NCBI GenBank assembly: GCA_963734995.1
Contig: CAVTJD010000010.1
Span: 81,103-145,102, forward strand
Reading direction: 5' to 3'
Origin: an uncultured Chloroflexia bacterium
Lineage (GTDB): Bacteria > Chloroflexota > Limnocylindria > Limnocylindrales > CSP1-4
DNA length: 64,000 bases
The notes under the pieces were generated by a model. It saw nothing but the letters and a program-made list of their open reading frames with translations, was not told where the DNA came from and did not search any database. Below are positions 29,318-38,784 of this stretch, one piece after another. The translations under genes and the position numbers were made by a program. Numbering within the stretch: position 1 is the stretch's first letter; the number at the start of each line of letters is the position of its first letter.

Positions 29318-32300
29318 GCCGCCTCTCCGAGCTCGCGGTCGCCAAGCGCAGCGTCACCCTCCTGCTGGCCGCCGCCCTGTTCATCGCCGGCATCGCCGCC
29401 TGGGGCAACCTCAAGCAGGAGCTCCTGCCCGACATCGACTTCCCGGTGATCACGGTGGTCGCGTCGCTGCCCGGCGCAGGCGCGACCGATGTCGCCGACC
29501 AGGTGACCAAGCCGATCGAGCAGGCGATCTCGGGCGTGCCTCGACTCGAGAACCTGCAGTCGACGTCGGCGAACTCGATCGCGCTCGTGGTCGCCCAGTT
29601 CTCATACGGCACCGACGTCAAGGAGACGCGGAGCACCATCGAGCAGAACCTGCAGAGCGCCGGGCTGCCCAGCACGGTCTCGCCACAGGTGAGCGCCCTC
29701 AACATCAACGCCTCGCCCGTGATCATCGCGTCGGTGGCGGCGACGTCGGAGAACGGCCTCACGGACGCCGCGCGGGTCGCCGAAACCGACATCGTGCCCG
29801 CGCTGCTCGCGCTCGATGGCGTCGCCAGCGTGGACCTGACGGGCGGCGAGGTGCAGCGGGTCGCGATCACGCTCGACCCGGCCAGGCTGGCCGAGGCGGG
29901 CATCACCGAGCAGCAGATCACCGGCGTGCTCACGGCCAACAACCTGACGATCCCGTCGGGCGAGGTCCGGAGCGACGGCTCGAAGACGTCCGTCTCGACG
30001 ATCGCGGCGATCGGCAGCATCGATGAGATCAAGGGCCTCGTGGTGGGGGTGAAGGCACCTGCGGCCACGACTCCCGGCGCGGGCGGCGCCACCACCCCCG
30101 GCTCATCGGCCGCGCCGGACGCGTCCGCGCTGCCGACGACGCCCGCCGTCCCGGTGCCGGTCACGATCGGAGACCTCGGCACCGTCGCCCTCGAGGGCGT
30201 GCCGACCACCGGTTACGCGCGGACGGGCACGCCCGAGACGGGTGTCAACCCGGCCCTCTCGCTGTCGGTGTCCAAGACCTCCAACGCCAACACCGTCGAG
30301 GTCGCGGACGAGGTGACCGCCAAGCTCGACGAGCTCGGCCAGCAGCACAGCGACTCGGTGTCGATCCTGGTCGTCTCCGACCTGTCCTCGTTCATCAAGG
30401 AATCGCGCGACGGGCTGCTCCGCGAGGGTGGCACCGGCGCCCTGTTCGCCATCCTGACGATCTTCCTGTTCCTGTTCAGCCTGCGCTCGACGCTGGTTGC
30501 CGCGGCCAGCATCCCGCTGTCCCTCGTGACAGCGCTGGTGATCATGCAGCTCGCCGGGATCAGCCTCAACATCATGACCCTGGGCGGTCTAGCGGTCGCG
30601 GTGGGCCGGGTCGTGGACGACGCGATCGTCGTGCTCGAGAACATCTACCGCCACCGGGCGATGGGCGAGGATCGCCTGACGGCATCCATCCGTGGTCCGC
30701 GCGAGGTCGCGGGCGCGATCACCGCCGCGACCGTCACGACCGTGGGTGTGTTCCTGCCACTCGGGTTCGTGGGTGGCCTGGTCAGCCAGTTCTTCCTGCC
30801 ATTTGCGCTGACCGTGACCTTCGCGCTCGTCGCCTCGCTGGTGTGCGCGCTGACGGTGGTTCCGGTGCTCGCGTACCTGCTGATCCACAAGGTCCCGGCC
30901 AACGTGGACGCGGACGGCGAGCCACGGAACTCGATCTGGATTCGCCTCTACACGCCAACGATCACGGCCGTCCTGCGCAACCGATGGACGAAGCTGAGCG
31001 TGCTCGGGGTGGCGAGCGTGCTGTTCGTGGGCGCCACGCTGATCGCGCCGTTGCTGCCCACACAGTTCATCAACGCCGGCGGCGAGAAGCTGGTGTCCGT
31101 CACCATCGCGCCACCCGCCGGGACGGCGTCCGATGCGGTGCTCCAGCAGGCGATCCAGGCCGAGGACATCCTGCTCACGGACCCGAAGGTGCTGCTCGTC
31201 CAGACCTCGATCCCCGGGGAGGGTGACGCGGGGTTCCAGACGATCGTCGCCGCGATGTCCGGCCAGCCGGCCAACAGCGCCCGCATGACGGTTCGGCTCG
31301 ACGACAGCGTCGACCTGACCGCCTACTCGAAGCACCTCTCCGACGAGCTCGCCCCGATCCGAACCGACGGCTACGACGTGGCCGTCGCGGAAGCGGCCGG
31401 CTTCAGCTCCAACAACCTCAACGTCATCGTCTCCAGCGACGATCCCGCCGCCGTATCCGCGGCGAACGACGTCGTCCTCAACTCGCTCGCCGATAACCCG
31501 GACCTGCTCAACCTCAAGTCCGATCTTGCCGAGGGCACACCCGAGATCCAGGTCAGGCCCGACCCGAACAAGAGCATCGGCGTCGGGCTCACCGCCGCGC
31601 AGGTCGCGCAGCAGGTCCGCAGCGCCCTGGTGGGCAGCGTCGCGACCCGCGTCCAGCTGGCCGGCCAGAACGGCCCCGTCGACGTGTTCGTGCAGCTCGA
31701 TCCGACGCAGGTCACCTCGGTCGAGTCGCTGCAGCAGCTCCCGGTCGGGACCGTGGCCAAGGTCCCGCTCGGACGGATCGCCACCGTGGAGCAGGTCGCC
31801 GTCCAGGGCTCCATCACGCGGATCGACCAGTCGCCGGCCGCCTCGATCTCGGCCGAGATCGTGAGCGTCGATACCGGCCGGGTCAGCCAGGACGTCCAGC
31901 AGCGGATCGACGCCATGTACGCGGACGGATCGATCCCTGCCGGCGTGGACGTGCGGCTGGCCGGTGTCACCCAGCAGATGAACGAGGCCTTCGGCGGGCT
32001 GTTCTTCTCGATGGCCGTCGCGATGCTCGTCGTCTACGTCGCGATGGTGCTGACGTTCAACTCGCTGATCACGCCGTTCATCATCATGTTCAGCCTGCCG
32101 CTGGCCGCGATCGGCGCGCTGCCGGCCCTGCTGATCACCGACCGTGCCATTGGCGTGAGCGCCCTGATCGGCTTCCTGATGCTGATCGGGATCGTGGTGA
32201 CGAACGCGATCGTGCTGCTCGATCTGGTCGAACGGCTGCGCTCGCAGGGGATGTCGACCAACGACGCCCTGATCGAGGGCGGCCGAACCCGCGTCCGGCC

Positions 32301-32544
32301 GATCCTGATGACCGCGATCGCGACGATCCTCGCGCTGATCCCGCTCGCCGCGGGGTTGAGCCAGGGCTCGATCATCGCGGCCGAGCTGGGGACGGTCGTC
32401 ATCGGGGGCCTGTTCAGCTCGACGTTCCTGACCCTGATCGTGGTGCCCGTGGTCTACTCGCTGGTCGACGGTGTACGGCAGCGGTTCTCCGGTGGTCCCC
32501 GGACGGAGCCGGCACCGGCGGCACCCGAGGCCGAGTTGGCCTGA
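29314..32544 (+). CDS. RND-family efflux transporter permease (AcrB-like, 12 TM with two periplasmic loops)
   Basis: It is 1076 aa with conserved RND blocks (ALVIMQLAGISLNIMTLGGLAVAVGRVVDDAIVVLENI; LIGFLMLIGIVVTNAIVLLD). Confidence 0.9.
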   Translation: MSRLSELAVAKRSVTLLLAAALFIAGIAAWGNLKQELLPDIDFPVITVVASLPGAGATDVADQVTKPIEQAISGVPRLENLQSTSANSIALVVAQFSYGTDVKETRSTIEQNLQSAGLPSTVSPQVSALNINASPVIIASVAATSENGLTDAARVAETDIVPALLALDGVASVDLTGGEVQRVAITLDPARLAEAGITEQQITGVLTANNLTIPSGEVRSDGSKTSVSTIAAIGSIDEIKGLVVGVKAPAATTPGAGGATTPGSSAAPDASALPTTPAVPVPVTIGDLGTVALEGVPTTGYARTGTPETGVNPALSLSVSKTSNANTVEVADEVTAKLDELGQQHSDSVSILVVSDLSSFIKESRDGLLREGGTGALFAILTIFLFLFSLRSTLVAAASIPLSLVTALVIMQLAGISLNIMTLGGLAVAVGRVVDDAIVVLENIYRHRAMGEDRLTASIRGPREVAGAITAATVTTVGVFLPLGFVGGLVSQFFLPFALTVTFALVASLVCALTVVPVLAYLLIHKVPANVDADGEPRNSIWIRLYTPTITAVLRNRWTKLSVLGVASVLFVGATLIAPLLPTQFINAGGEKLVSVTIAPPAGTASDAVLQQAIQAEDILLTDPKVLLVQTSIPGEGDAGFQTIVAAMSGQPANSARMTVRLDDSVDLTAYSKHLSDELAPIRTDGYDVAVAEAAGFSSNNLNVIVSSDDPAAVSAANDVVLNSLADNPDLLNLKSDLAEGTPEIQVRPDPNKSIGVGLTAAQVAQQVRSALVGSVATRVQLAGQNGPVDVFVQLDPTQVTSVESLQQLPVGTVAKVPLGRIATVEQVAVQGSITRIDQSPAASISAEIVSVDTGRVSQDVQQRIDAMYADGSIPAGVDVRLAGVTQQMNEAFGGLFFSMAVAMLVVYVAMVLTFNSLITPFIIMFSLPLAAIGALPALLITDRAIGVSALIGFLMLIGIVVTNAIVLLDLVERLRSQGMSTNDALIEGGRTRVRPILMTAIATILALIPLAAGLSQGSIIAAELGTVVIGGLFSSTFLTLIVVPVVYSLVDGVRQRFSGGPRTEPAPAAPEAELA

Positions 32545-32660
32545 CGGAGGCCGAGTTGGCCTGACCGAGGGCGAGTGGACCTGACGGAGGCCGAGTTGGC
32601 CTGACGGAGGGCGAGTTGGCCTGACCGCTCGCGGGTCGGTCGTCTGCGAGTCGGTCGTCT
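32524..32660. repeat. 21-bp tandem repeat (gaggccgagttggcctgacgg) in 5 copies, each with a TGA; the first copy is the RND gene terminus. It is followed by a 15-bp repeat in 2 copies (gcgggtcggtcgtct).
   Basis: Read directly. Confidence 0.85.
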
Positions 32661-32756
32661 GCGGGGCAAACGCCGCCACGAAGGACCGCCCGGCCGGCCG
32701 CACATCGAGTCAACGCATGGCACTCTTGCAGACCTGAAGTGAAGGAGGTGAACAGC

Positions 32757-33197
32757 ATGATCACGCGTTTCGCCGAGGTGACCTGGTCGGGCGACCTGGC
32801 CTCGGGCACCGGTTCGATCAACTACGTGTCGTCAGGGGCCCTGTCCCGCCTGCCGGTGACCTGGGCATCGCGCACCGAGGACCACAACGGGCGAACGAGC
32901 CCGGAGGAGCTGATCGCGGCGGCCCACGCGTCGTGCTTCTCGATGGCGTTCAGCGCCGGCCTCGGACGGAACGGGACCCCGCCCACCAGCCTGGAGGTCA
33001 AGGCCGAGGTCTCGTTCGACAAGCTCGACGGCGGCTGGACCCTGACCTCGAGCACGCTGATCGTCCGCGGCACCGTGCCCGGGATCGACCAGGCCACGTT
33101 CGCCGAGCTCGCCGAGGCAGCCAAGGATGGGTGCCCGGTGTCACGGGCGCTCAAGGGCAACGTCGAGCTGTCCGTCAAGGCCGAGCTCATCGCCTGA
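32757..33197 (+). CDS. OsmC/Ohr-family peroxiredoxin-like protein
   Basis: It has the OsmC fold motifs (HASCFSMAFSAGL; DGCPVSRAL). An AAGGAGGTG RBS sits 6 nt upstream of ATG 32757. Confidence 0.8.
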   Translation: MITRFAEVTWSGDLASGTGSINYVSSGALSRLPVTWASRTEDHNGRTSPEELIAAAHASCFSMAFSAGLGRNGTPPTSLEVKAEVSFDKLDGGWTLTSSTLIVRGTVPGIDQATFAELAEAAKDGCPVSRALKGNVELSVKAELIA

Positions 33198-33319
33198 CGC
33201 CCGCAATGGGTGGGCCTTCATGCCAGGCCATCGCTCCAGGCGATCACTTTGGTATCGAGGGGTTCGGCCATCGTACCGTCCGGGGACACCTATCGCCCCG
33301 GGCGATGGCTGTGCGCCGA

Positions 33320-33540
33320 GGGCCGTGCCGTTCGGCAGGCTGAGCGCGTTGCGCTTCGATACGTTCGCTGCCGGCGATGGCGAGGAGCGTTGGGCCGTGC
33401 CGTTCGGCAGGCTGAGCGCGCTGCGCGTCCATACGTTCGCTGCCGGCGATGGTGGGGAGCGTTGGGCCGTGCCGTTCGGCAGGCTGAGCGCGCTGCGCGT
33501 CCATACGTTCGCTGCCGGCGATGGTGGGGAGGTTTGAGGC
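33320..33540. repeat. 72-bp tandem repeat in 3 copies plus a partial copy (gggccgtgccgttcggcaggctgagcgcg…ccggcgatggtggggagcgtt)
   Basis: Read directly. The period was measured between the copy starts at 33320, 33392 and 33464. Confidence 0.85.
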
Positions 33541-33566
33541 GTGCCGTTGCCGATGTGGTGATGCCG

Positions 33567-33640
33567 CGCGCCTGGCCGATGGTCGCGCCTGGCCGATGGT
33601 CGCGCCTGGCGGATGGTCGCGCTTAGCCGATGGTCAGGAT
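33567..33640. repeat. 17-bp tandem repeat (gatggtcgcgcctggcc) in 4 copies; the last copy supplies the final codons and stop of the phosphotriesterase gene
   Basis: Read directly. Confidence 0.85.
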
Positions 33641-34561
33641 GCGACGCGGGTTGTGGATCGTCAGCTGCTCGATCTCGGCCTCGGACACGCCCGCCTCGCG
33701 CAGCCTCGGCAGGAACGTCGTCTGGAGGTACGTGTACCCGTTGCCCTGGTAGTGGCGGAGCTGGCTGTTGTGGCACACGTCCTGGCTCAGCAGCACCCGA
33801 TCGCCGTGACCGCGGTGGAGCAGCTCGAGCAGAAGATCGACGACACGGCCCTCGCCGTGCTGCTCCATGACCGTGAACGACATGCCCAGGAAGTCGAACT
33901 CGATCGACGCCCCGCGCGAGATCAGCGACAGGTAGTGGTCGAGCACCGGATAGCTGTCCGAGTGGCCGATGACGATGCGTCCGGGGTCGACCCCCTCCTC
34001 CTCGAGGATCGTCAGCTGGGCCGCGCCCACATCCGACATCACGGCATGGGTGATGATCCCGAGCCCGGTCCGGCGCGAGGCGCGCGCCACGGCTCGGAAC
34101 ACGCGCTCCTCGGCGGGTGACACCCACGGCTTGTCCGTCCCGATCTCACCCAGGATCCCGATCCGGATCCCCGTGTCACCCACCCCGACGGTGGCCTCGG
34201 CGACCAGCTCCTCGGCCAGCGAATCGGTCGAGCGGCGGTCGATCAGCGCCTCCTGCGGGTAGTACGCGGTTCGGTACCAGCCACCACCCATGATGACGTG
34301 CAGGCCGGACGTCTCGGCCAGCCTGCGCAGCCAGCCGGGGTTGCGCCCCATGCCCGGCAGGGTCAGGTCGGCCAATGCCGTACCGCCCGCCTCGCGGAAC
34401 AGCCGGAGCTCCTCGGCCATGATCGACTCATCGGCGGTGAGCTCCCAGTAGTCCCAGCGGTTCTGGATGTGCCACAGGGCGATCTGGGTGTGCTCGTGCG
34501 GGAGCGTGAACCCGAGGGCATCGGGCGCCACGGGCCCGAGGACGGTCATGACGTGCGACAT
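33623..34561 (-). CDS. Phosphotriesterase-family protein (amidohydrolase superfamily, PTE/PHP-like)
   Basis: It has the N-terminal metal ligands HEH (TLPHEHTQI), plus GIITHAV and HSDS blocks, at a length typical of PTE homologs. Confidence 0.8.
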   Translation of the reverse strand: MSHVMTVLGPVAPDALGFTLPHEHTQIALWHIQNRWDYWELTADESIMAEELRLFREAGGTALADLTLPGMGRNPGWLRRLAETSGLHVIMGGGWYRTAYYPQEALIDRRSTDSLAEELVAEATVGVGDTGIRIGILGEIGTDKPWVSPAEERVFRAVARASRRTGLGIITHAVMSDVGAAQLTILEEEGVDPGRIVIGHSDSYPVLDHYLSLISRGASIEFDFLGMSFTVMEQHGEGRVVDLLLELLHRGHGDRVLLSQDVCHNSQLRHYQGNGYTYLQTTFLPRLREAGVSEAEIEQLTIHNPRRILTIG

Positions 34562-34757
34562 GGACGGATCGTAGCCCCCGCCACGAGCGCGGTCAGGGGC
34601 CGATCCTCATGGCTGGCCGGATCGAGGGGCACCTACCGGCACGGAAGGTGCCGTGGCGACCAGCGTGGGAGCCGAACACGACCGCGAGGGAAGTCGAAAC
34701 CGGAAGCCGAGAGCAACCGCAAGGAAGGTCGACACCGGAAGCAGGAGCGCCGGCACG

Positions 34758-35456
34758 CTACGACGCCCTGGCGGGCTCCGCCTCCCGGATCACGCTCCAC
34801 GGCTGCGGCGGTGGCAGCTGGAGCTCAGGAGCCGTGGCGGCAGCTGCCGATGCCAGCAGCGGTCGCAGCAGGGCGAGGGCACGTCGCTCGGCCAGGTCCC
34901 GCCGGTACGCATCACCCAGCTCGATTCGCCACACGAGGAGGCCGTCGAGGAACGAGACCAGCGCGCTGCTCAATGCGGCAGCGTCGATCCAGGGTGGCAG
35001 CTCGCCGGTTTCCATCGCCTCCCGGATCAGCAGCTCGCCAACGGTCGCGATCTGGTCCCGGCGCCGCGCGAGCGACAGCCGGATCGCCGGCTCCGCCTCG
35101 GCGCGCGACCACTGCATCACCAGCGCCGATGCCATATCGGGCTCGTGCGGCTTTCCCGCCAGGGCATCCAGGAAGAAGCCCACGGCGATGGCCAGCTTCT
35201 CCGCGGCGCCGTGGCCGTGTGCGAGCCGCGCGCCCAGCCCACCGAGGTCCTGCCCGGTGCTGATCTCGCACGTCGCCAGGAACAGCTCGTCCTTGCTGCG
35301 GTAGTACGTGTAGATCGCACCGACCGACAGTCCGCTGTCGCGAACCACGTCCGCGATGGTCGCATCGTGATAGCCCTTTTCGGCAAACACCCGCAGGGCC
35401 GACTCGATGATCCGGGTTCGGACGGCCTGCTCGTGGGCCTGACTGATACGGGGCAT
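34758..35456 (-). CDS. TetR/AcrR-family transcriptional regulator
   Basis: It has an N-terminal HTH (FAEKGYHDATIADVVRDSGLSVGAIYTYYRSKDELF). It is divergent from the mmpL gene. Confidence 0.85.
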   Translation of the reverse strand: MPRISQAHEQAVRTRIIESALRVFAEKGYHDATIADVVRDSGLSVGAIYTYYRSKDELFLATCEISTGQDLGGLGARLAHGHGAAEKLAIAVGFFLDALAGKPHEPDMASALVMQWSRAEAEPAIRLSLARRRDQIATVGELLIREAMETGELPPWIDAAALSSALVSFLDGLLVWRIELGDAYRRDLAERRALALLRPLLASAAAATAPELQLPPPQPWSVIREAEPARAS

Positions 35457-35469
35457 GCGTCCACGCTAA

Positions 35470-35489
35470 CAGAACGAATGCTCGTTCTG
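35470..35489. promoter_or_regulatory. Perfect inverted repeat CAGAACGA-atgc-TCGTTCTG, a candidate TetR operator
   Basis: It lies 14 bp upstream of the TetR start codon in the divergent tetR–mmpL intergenic region. Confidence 0.55.
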
Positions 35490-35540
35490 CAAGCGAGCGT
35501 GACAACGTCGCGAGGCTCTTGAGATTCGCGGTCCGATCGG

Positions 35541-35570
35541 TTGACAAAGAGAATATGCGCTCTTTATGGT
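35541..35570. promoter_or_regulatory. Putative sigma-70-type promoter for mmpL: TTGACA – 18 bp – TATGGT, with the inverted repeat AAAGAG-n8-CTCTTT in the spacer
   Basis: This is a near-consensus -35/-10 in a genome of about 70% GC. A palindrome in the spacer suggests a second operator. Confidence 0.5.
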
Positions 35571-35631
35571 GTCGCTATCACTTGCGCTGCCGATCGGCCG
35601 CCGTCCCACCACGCACATCTGGAGCCCATCG

Positions 35632-38055
35632 ATGTTCAGCCGCTGGGGAGCCTTTGTCTATCGCCACCGCCGGGTGGTGTTCGCGATCGCACTGCTGGTC
35701 GGGATCACCGGCAGCCTCGCGGCCGGACGCGCCGCCTCCGTGCTGAGCGCGGGGGGCTGGTTCGACCCGGGCTCCCAGTCCGCACAGGTCGCCGATCGCC
35801 TCGCATCAGAGTTCGGTGCCGGCAAGGGCGCGCTCATCGTCCTCTACCGCGGCTCCGACACGGTCGACGCTCGGAGCGCCCAGTTCCAGGCGCAGGTCTC
35901 GGCCTCGCTCGCCGGCCTTGCCAGCGACCACAACGTGGCGGGCGTCGTGGGCTACGCCCAGACCGGGGATGACCGGTTCATCGCCAACAACGGCCACGCC
36001 GCCTACGCCATCGTCAACCTCAATGTCAGCGACGAAGCGTCGGTGCCGCTGCTCGATGGGTTCGAGTCGGAGATCCAGCAGCCGGGCGACGGGATCCAGC
36101 TGCTGCTGGGCGGCTACGCGCCGCTCACCCGGGACTCGGCGGACCAATCCGAGCAGGACCTGATCCAGGCGGAGTCCGTGTCGCTGCCGATCGCCGCGCT
36201 GGTGCTGATCCTGGTGTTCTCGTCGGTTCTGGCCGCGGGCATCCCGCTGCTGGTCGCGCTGATGGCCATCCCGACCACGCTTGCGCTGGTGTACGTCGTG
36301 GGCCAGCAGGTCGAGCTGAGCATCTACGTCCAGAACGTGTCCACGATGCTCGGGCTCGCGCTCGCGATCGACTACTCGCTGTTCATGGTCAGCCGCTTCC
36401 GCGAGGAGCTGCGCAAGGGACGAACCGTCGGCCAGGCGGTCGAGATCGCGGTCGCCACCTCGGGCAAGGCCGTGACGTTCTCCGGCATCGCCGTCGCCAC
36501 GGGGCTCGCCGGCCTGCTCGCATTCAGCTCACCGGCCCTTCGCTCGTTCGGCATCGGCGGGATGCTCACCGTGGCGGCTTCGCTGTTCTTCGCCCTGACG
36601 TTCCTGCCGGCGCTGCTCGGGATGCTCGGCCCACGCGTCAACGCGCTCTCGGTCTCGACGCTCGTCGACGGCGTTCGCTGGCTCCTTCGCCGGCCACCCC
36701 GTATCAGCGACCCGGCGCTGGCCGTGTCCCGCTGGGAGCGCATCGCCAACGCCGTCATGGCACGCCCGATCCTGGTCCTCGTCCCGACCCTCATCGTGCT
36801 CGTGCTCGCCGGCACCCCGTTCTTCGCCCTCAAGCAGGGCATCCCCGATGCATCGACCCTGCCCAACGGACTCGAGAGCCGCGAGGCGGCGGTTGCGCTC
36901 CAGAACGAGTTCGAGCCCGGCACCACCTCACCCATCATCGTGCTCGCCGACGTGACCGGCGACCCTGCGTCCGCGTCCAACGTCCACGCGCTCGCCGCCT
37001 ACGCCGGCCGACTGGCCGCGCTCGAGGGCATCGAGCGCGTCGAGAGCCCGTTCAGCGGCATCCCCAACCCGACCACCGGTCAGCCCCTCGACGCCGATCA
37101 GCTCGCCGCCCTGTACGCGAGCCCCAGGTCGACCTGGCCCGCCGCGCTGGCCGACCTGTGGAGCCGCTACGTGCACGGCTCGACCGTCAGGTTCGATGCC
37201 ATCAGCCCGTTGCCGGCGTCGTCGCCCGAGGGCACGGCCGTCGTGCCGCTCGTCCGCGCGGTCGACCCGGGTCAGGGGATCAGCACCAGCGTTGGCGGGT
37301 TCGCGGCCACCGGCTACGACTTCCTCGAGGCCCAGACCGCGCGCATCCCGATCGCGATCGGGGTCGTGATCATCGCGATGGGCGCGATCCTGTTCCTGCT
37401 GTTCGGCTCGGTCGTGCTGCCGGCCAAGGCCATCCTGATGACGCTGCTCTCGATCAGTGCCTCGTTCGGCGCCCTGGTCTGGATCTTCCAGGAGGGCAAC
37501 CTGTCGAACGTGCTCGGGTTCACCAGCCCCGGGTTCACGATCGCCGGCAACCCGATCATCATGTTCAGCGTCCTGTTCGGCCTGTCGATGGACTACGAGG
37601 TCCTGCTCCTCTCGCGCGTTCAGGAGGCATACCGACGGACGGGCGACAACCGGGCGGCCGTGGCCGAGGGCCTGGCGCGAACGGCCGGGGTGATCACCGG
37701 CGCCGCGATGATCATGGTGTCGGTGTTCGCGGCGTTCGCGCTGGCCCAGACGATCACCATCAAGAGCATCGGGGTGGGCATGGCGATCGCGGTGTTCGTG
37801 GATGCCACGATCGTCCGGGTGCTGCTGGTGCCGGCCACGATGCGGCTGCTGGGCCACTGGAACTGGTGGGCGCCGGCGTTCATGTCCCGGATCGCCGACC
37901 GGGTCGGGTTCAGCCATGTCGAGGACGAGGCGTCGATCCCGACCGATGATCCGGCCGAGGACAGCGCCGCGGGTGAGCATGGCGCCGCGGGTGAGCATGG
38001 CGCCGCGTGGCACGCGCCCGGGCGGAGCCGTGAGGCGAACGCAGACTCGATCTGA
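35632..38055 (+). CDS. MMPL-family (RND superfamily) membrane transporter
   Basis: It has two 6-TM bundles with MMPL-type periplasmic domains (AIDYSLFMVSRFREEL; GLSMDYEVLLLSRVQEAY). The start is set at MFSRWGAF because the ATG at 35566 lies inside the predicted -10. The C-terminus carries an AAGEHG repeat in 2 copies. Confidence 0.85.
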   Translation: MFSRWGAFVYRHRRVVFAIALLVGITGSLAAGRAASVLSAGGWFDPGSQSAQVADRLASEFGAGKGALIVLYRGSDTVDARSAQFQAQVSASLAGLASDHNVAGVVGYAQTGDDRFIANNGHAAYAIVNLNVSDEASVPLLDGFESEIQQPGDGIQLLLGGYAPLTRDSADQSEQDLIQAESVSLPIAALVLILVFSSVLAAGIPLLVALMAIPTTLALVYVVGQQVELSIYVQNVSTMLGLALAIDYSLFMVSRFREELRKGRTVGQAVEIAVATSGKAVTFSGIAVATGLAGLLAFSSPALRSFGIGGMLTVAASLFFALTFLPALLGMLGPRVNALSVSTLVDGVRWLLRRPPRISDPALAVSRWERIANAVMARPILVLVPTLIVLVLAGTPFFALKQGIPDASTLPNGLESREAAVALQNEFEPGTTSPIIVLADVTGDPASASNVHALAAYAGRLAALEGIERVESPFSGIPNPTTGQPLDADQLAALYASPRSTWPAALADLWSRYVHGSTVRFDAISPLPASSPEGTAVVPLVRAVDPGQGISTSVGGFAATGYDFLEAQTARIPIAIGVVIIAMGAILFLLFGSVVLPAKAILMTLLSISASFGALVWIFQEGNLSNVLGFTSPGFTIAGNPIIMFSVLFGLSMDYEVLLLSRVQEAYRRTGDNRAAVAEGLARTAGVITGAAMIMVSVFAAFALAQTITIKSIGVGMAIAVFVDATIVRVLLVPATMRLLGHWNWWAPAFMSRIADRVGFSHVEDEASIPTDDPAEDSAAGEHGAAGEHGAAWHAPGRSREANADSI

Positions 38056-38181
38056 GCCGGGCGGTGCCCGGGTCGGGGCGGCCAGGCCAGTGGCCGAGTC
38101 GGGTAGCGGGCGTCTGGCGGGGGTACACGCGCCCCGATCACGCGGTACGCTCGTGTGTGCCATGAGGCAGGGAGGGTGGAC

Positions 38182-38742
38182 ATGAGTGAGGGCCGCGACC
38201 GGCCCATCGCCGGTGATGTGATCGACTCCGGAAGCGTCCATGTCTACGGCTGGGAGTGGAACGACATCGGCGGGCCCCGGGGCCGCAGCCGGCTGCCCTG
38301 GTTCGGCATCTTCCTGGTGGTGTTCGGCGGCCTGCTGCTGTTGCGACAGGTGTTCCCGGCGCTCGAGACGGCGGGCTCGCTGCTGTTCCTCGCCGCGGGC
38401 CTTGCGTTCCTGGTCTCGTGGCTGGTCAACCGCGGCGTCGGCTCACTGTATCTGGGCTCGATCATCACGGCCCTGGCCGCACCGGACCTGCTCGCTGCCG
38501 CCAACATCGTCGAGGGCCCGGGCGTCGGGACGCTGTGCCTGGGGATCGCGTTCCTGTTCATCGCCGTCGTCCGCGCGGCGAGCCGGGGAGGCTGGGGGTG
38601 GCAGGCGGCGCTGGGCGCGATCCTGGTGCTGATCGGCGGGTCCAGCCTGGCGCTGCCGCCGTTCAGCGACCTCGTATGGCCGATCCTGCTGGTGGTGCTG
38701 GGTGGGATTCTGCTGATCCGGGCGTCGACCGGGCGCGACTGA
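38182..38742 (+). CDS. Hypothetical membrane protein (LiaF/DUF5668-like TM region)
   Basis: It has four or five hydrophobic segments. The start is at MSEGRDR. Confidence 0.45.
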   Translation: MSEGRDRPIAGDVIDSGSVHVYGWEWNDIGGPRGRSRLPWFGIFLVVFGGLLLLRQVFPALETAGSLLFLAAGLAFLVSWLVNRGVGSLYLGSIITALAAPDLLAAANIVEGPGVGTLCLGIAFLFIAVVRAASRGGWGWQAALGAILVLIGGSSLALPPFSDLVWPILLVVLGGILLIRASTGRD

Positions 38743-38784
38743 TCCTGGGGGCCGATCCGGGCGGAGCGAGCCTGCGGCTGCTGC

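Noticed and set aside
33210-33626. 138-aa + ORF across the 72-bp and 17-bp repeats; could it be a repeat protein?
   Set aside because: The translation is a pure repeat of an Arg-rich 24-mer with no RBS or credible start, and it runs into the phosphotriesterase gene on the other strand. It is more likely non-coding VNTR DNA. It is flagged under findings rather than called as a CDS.
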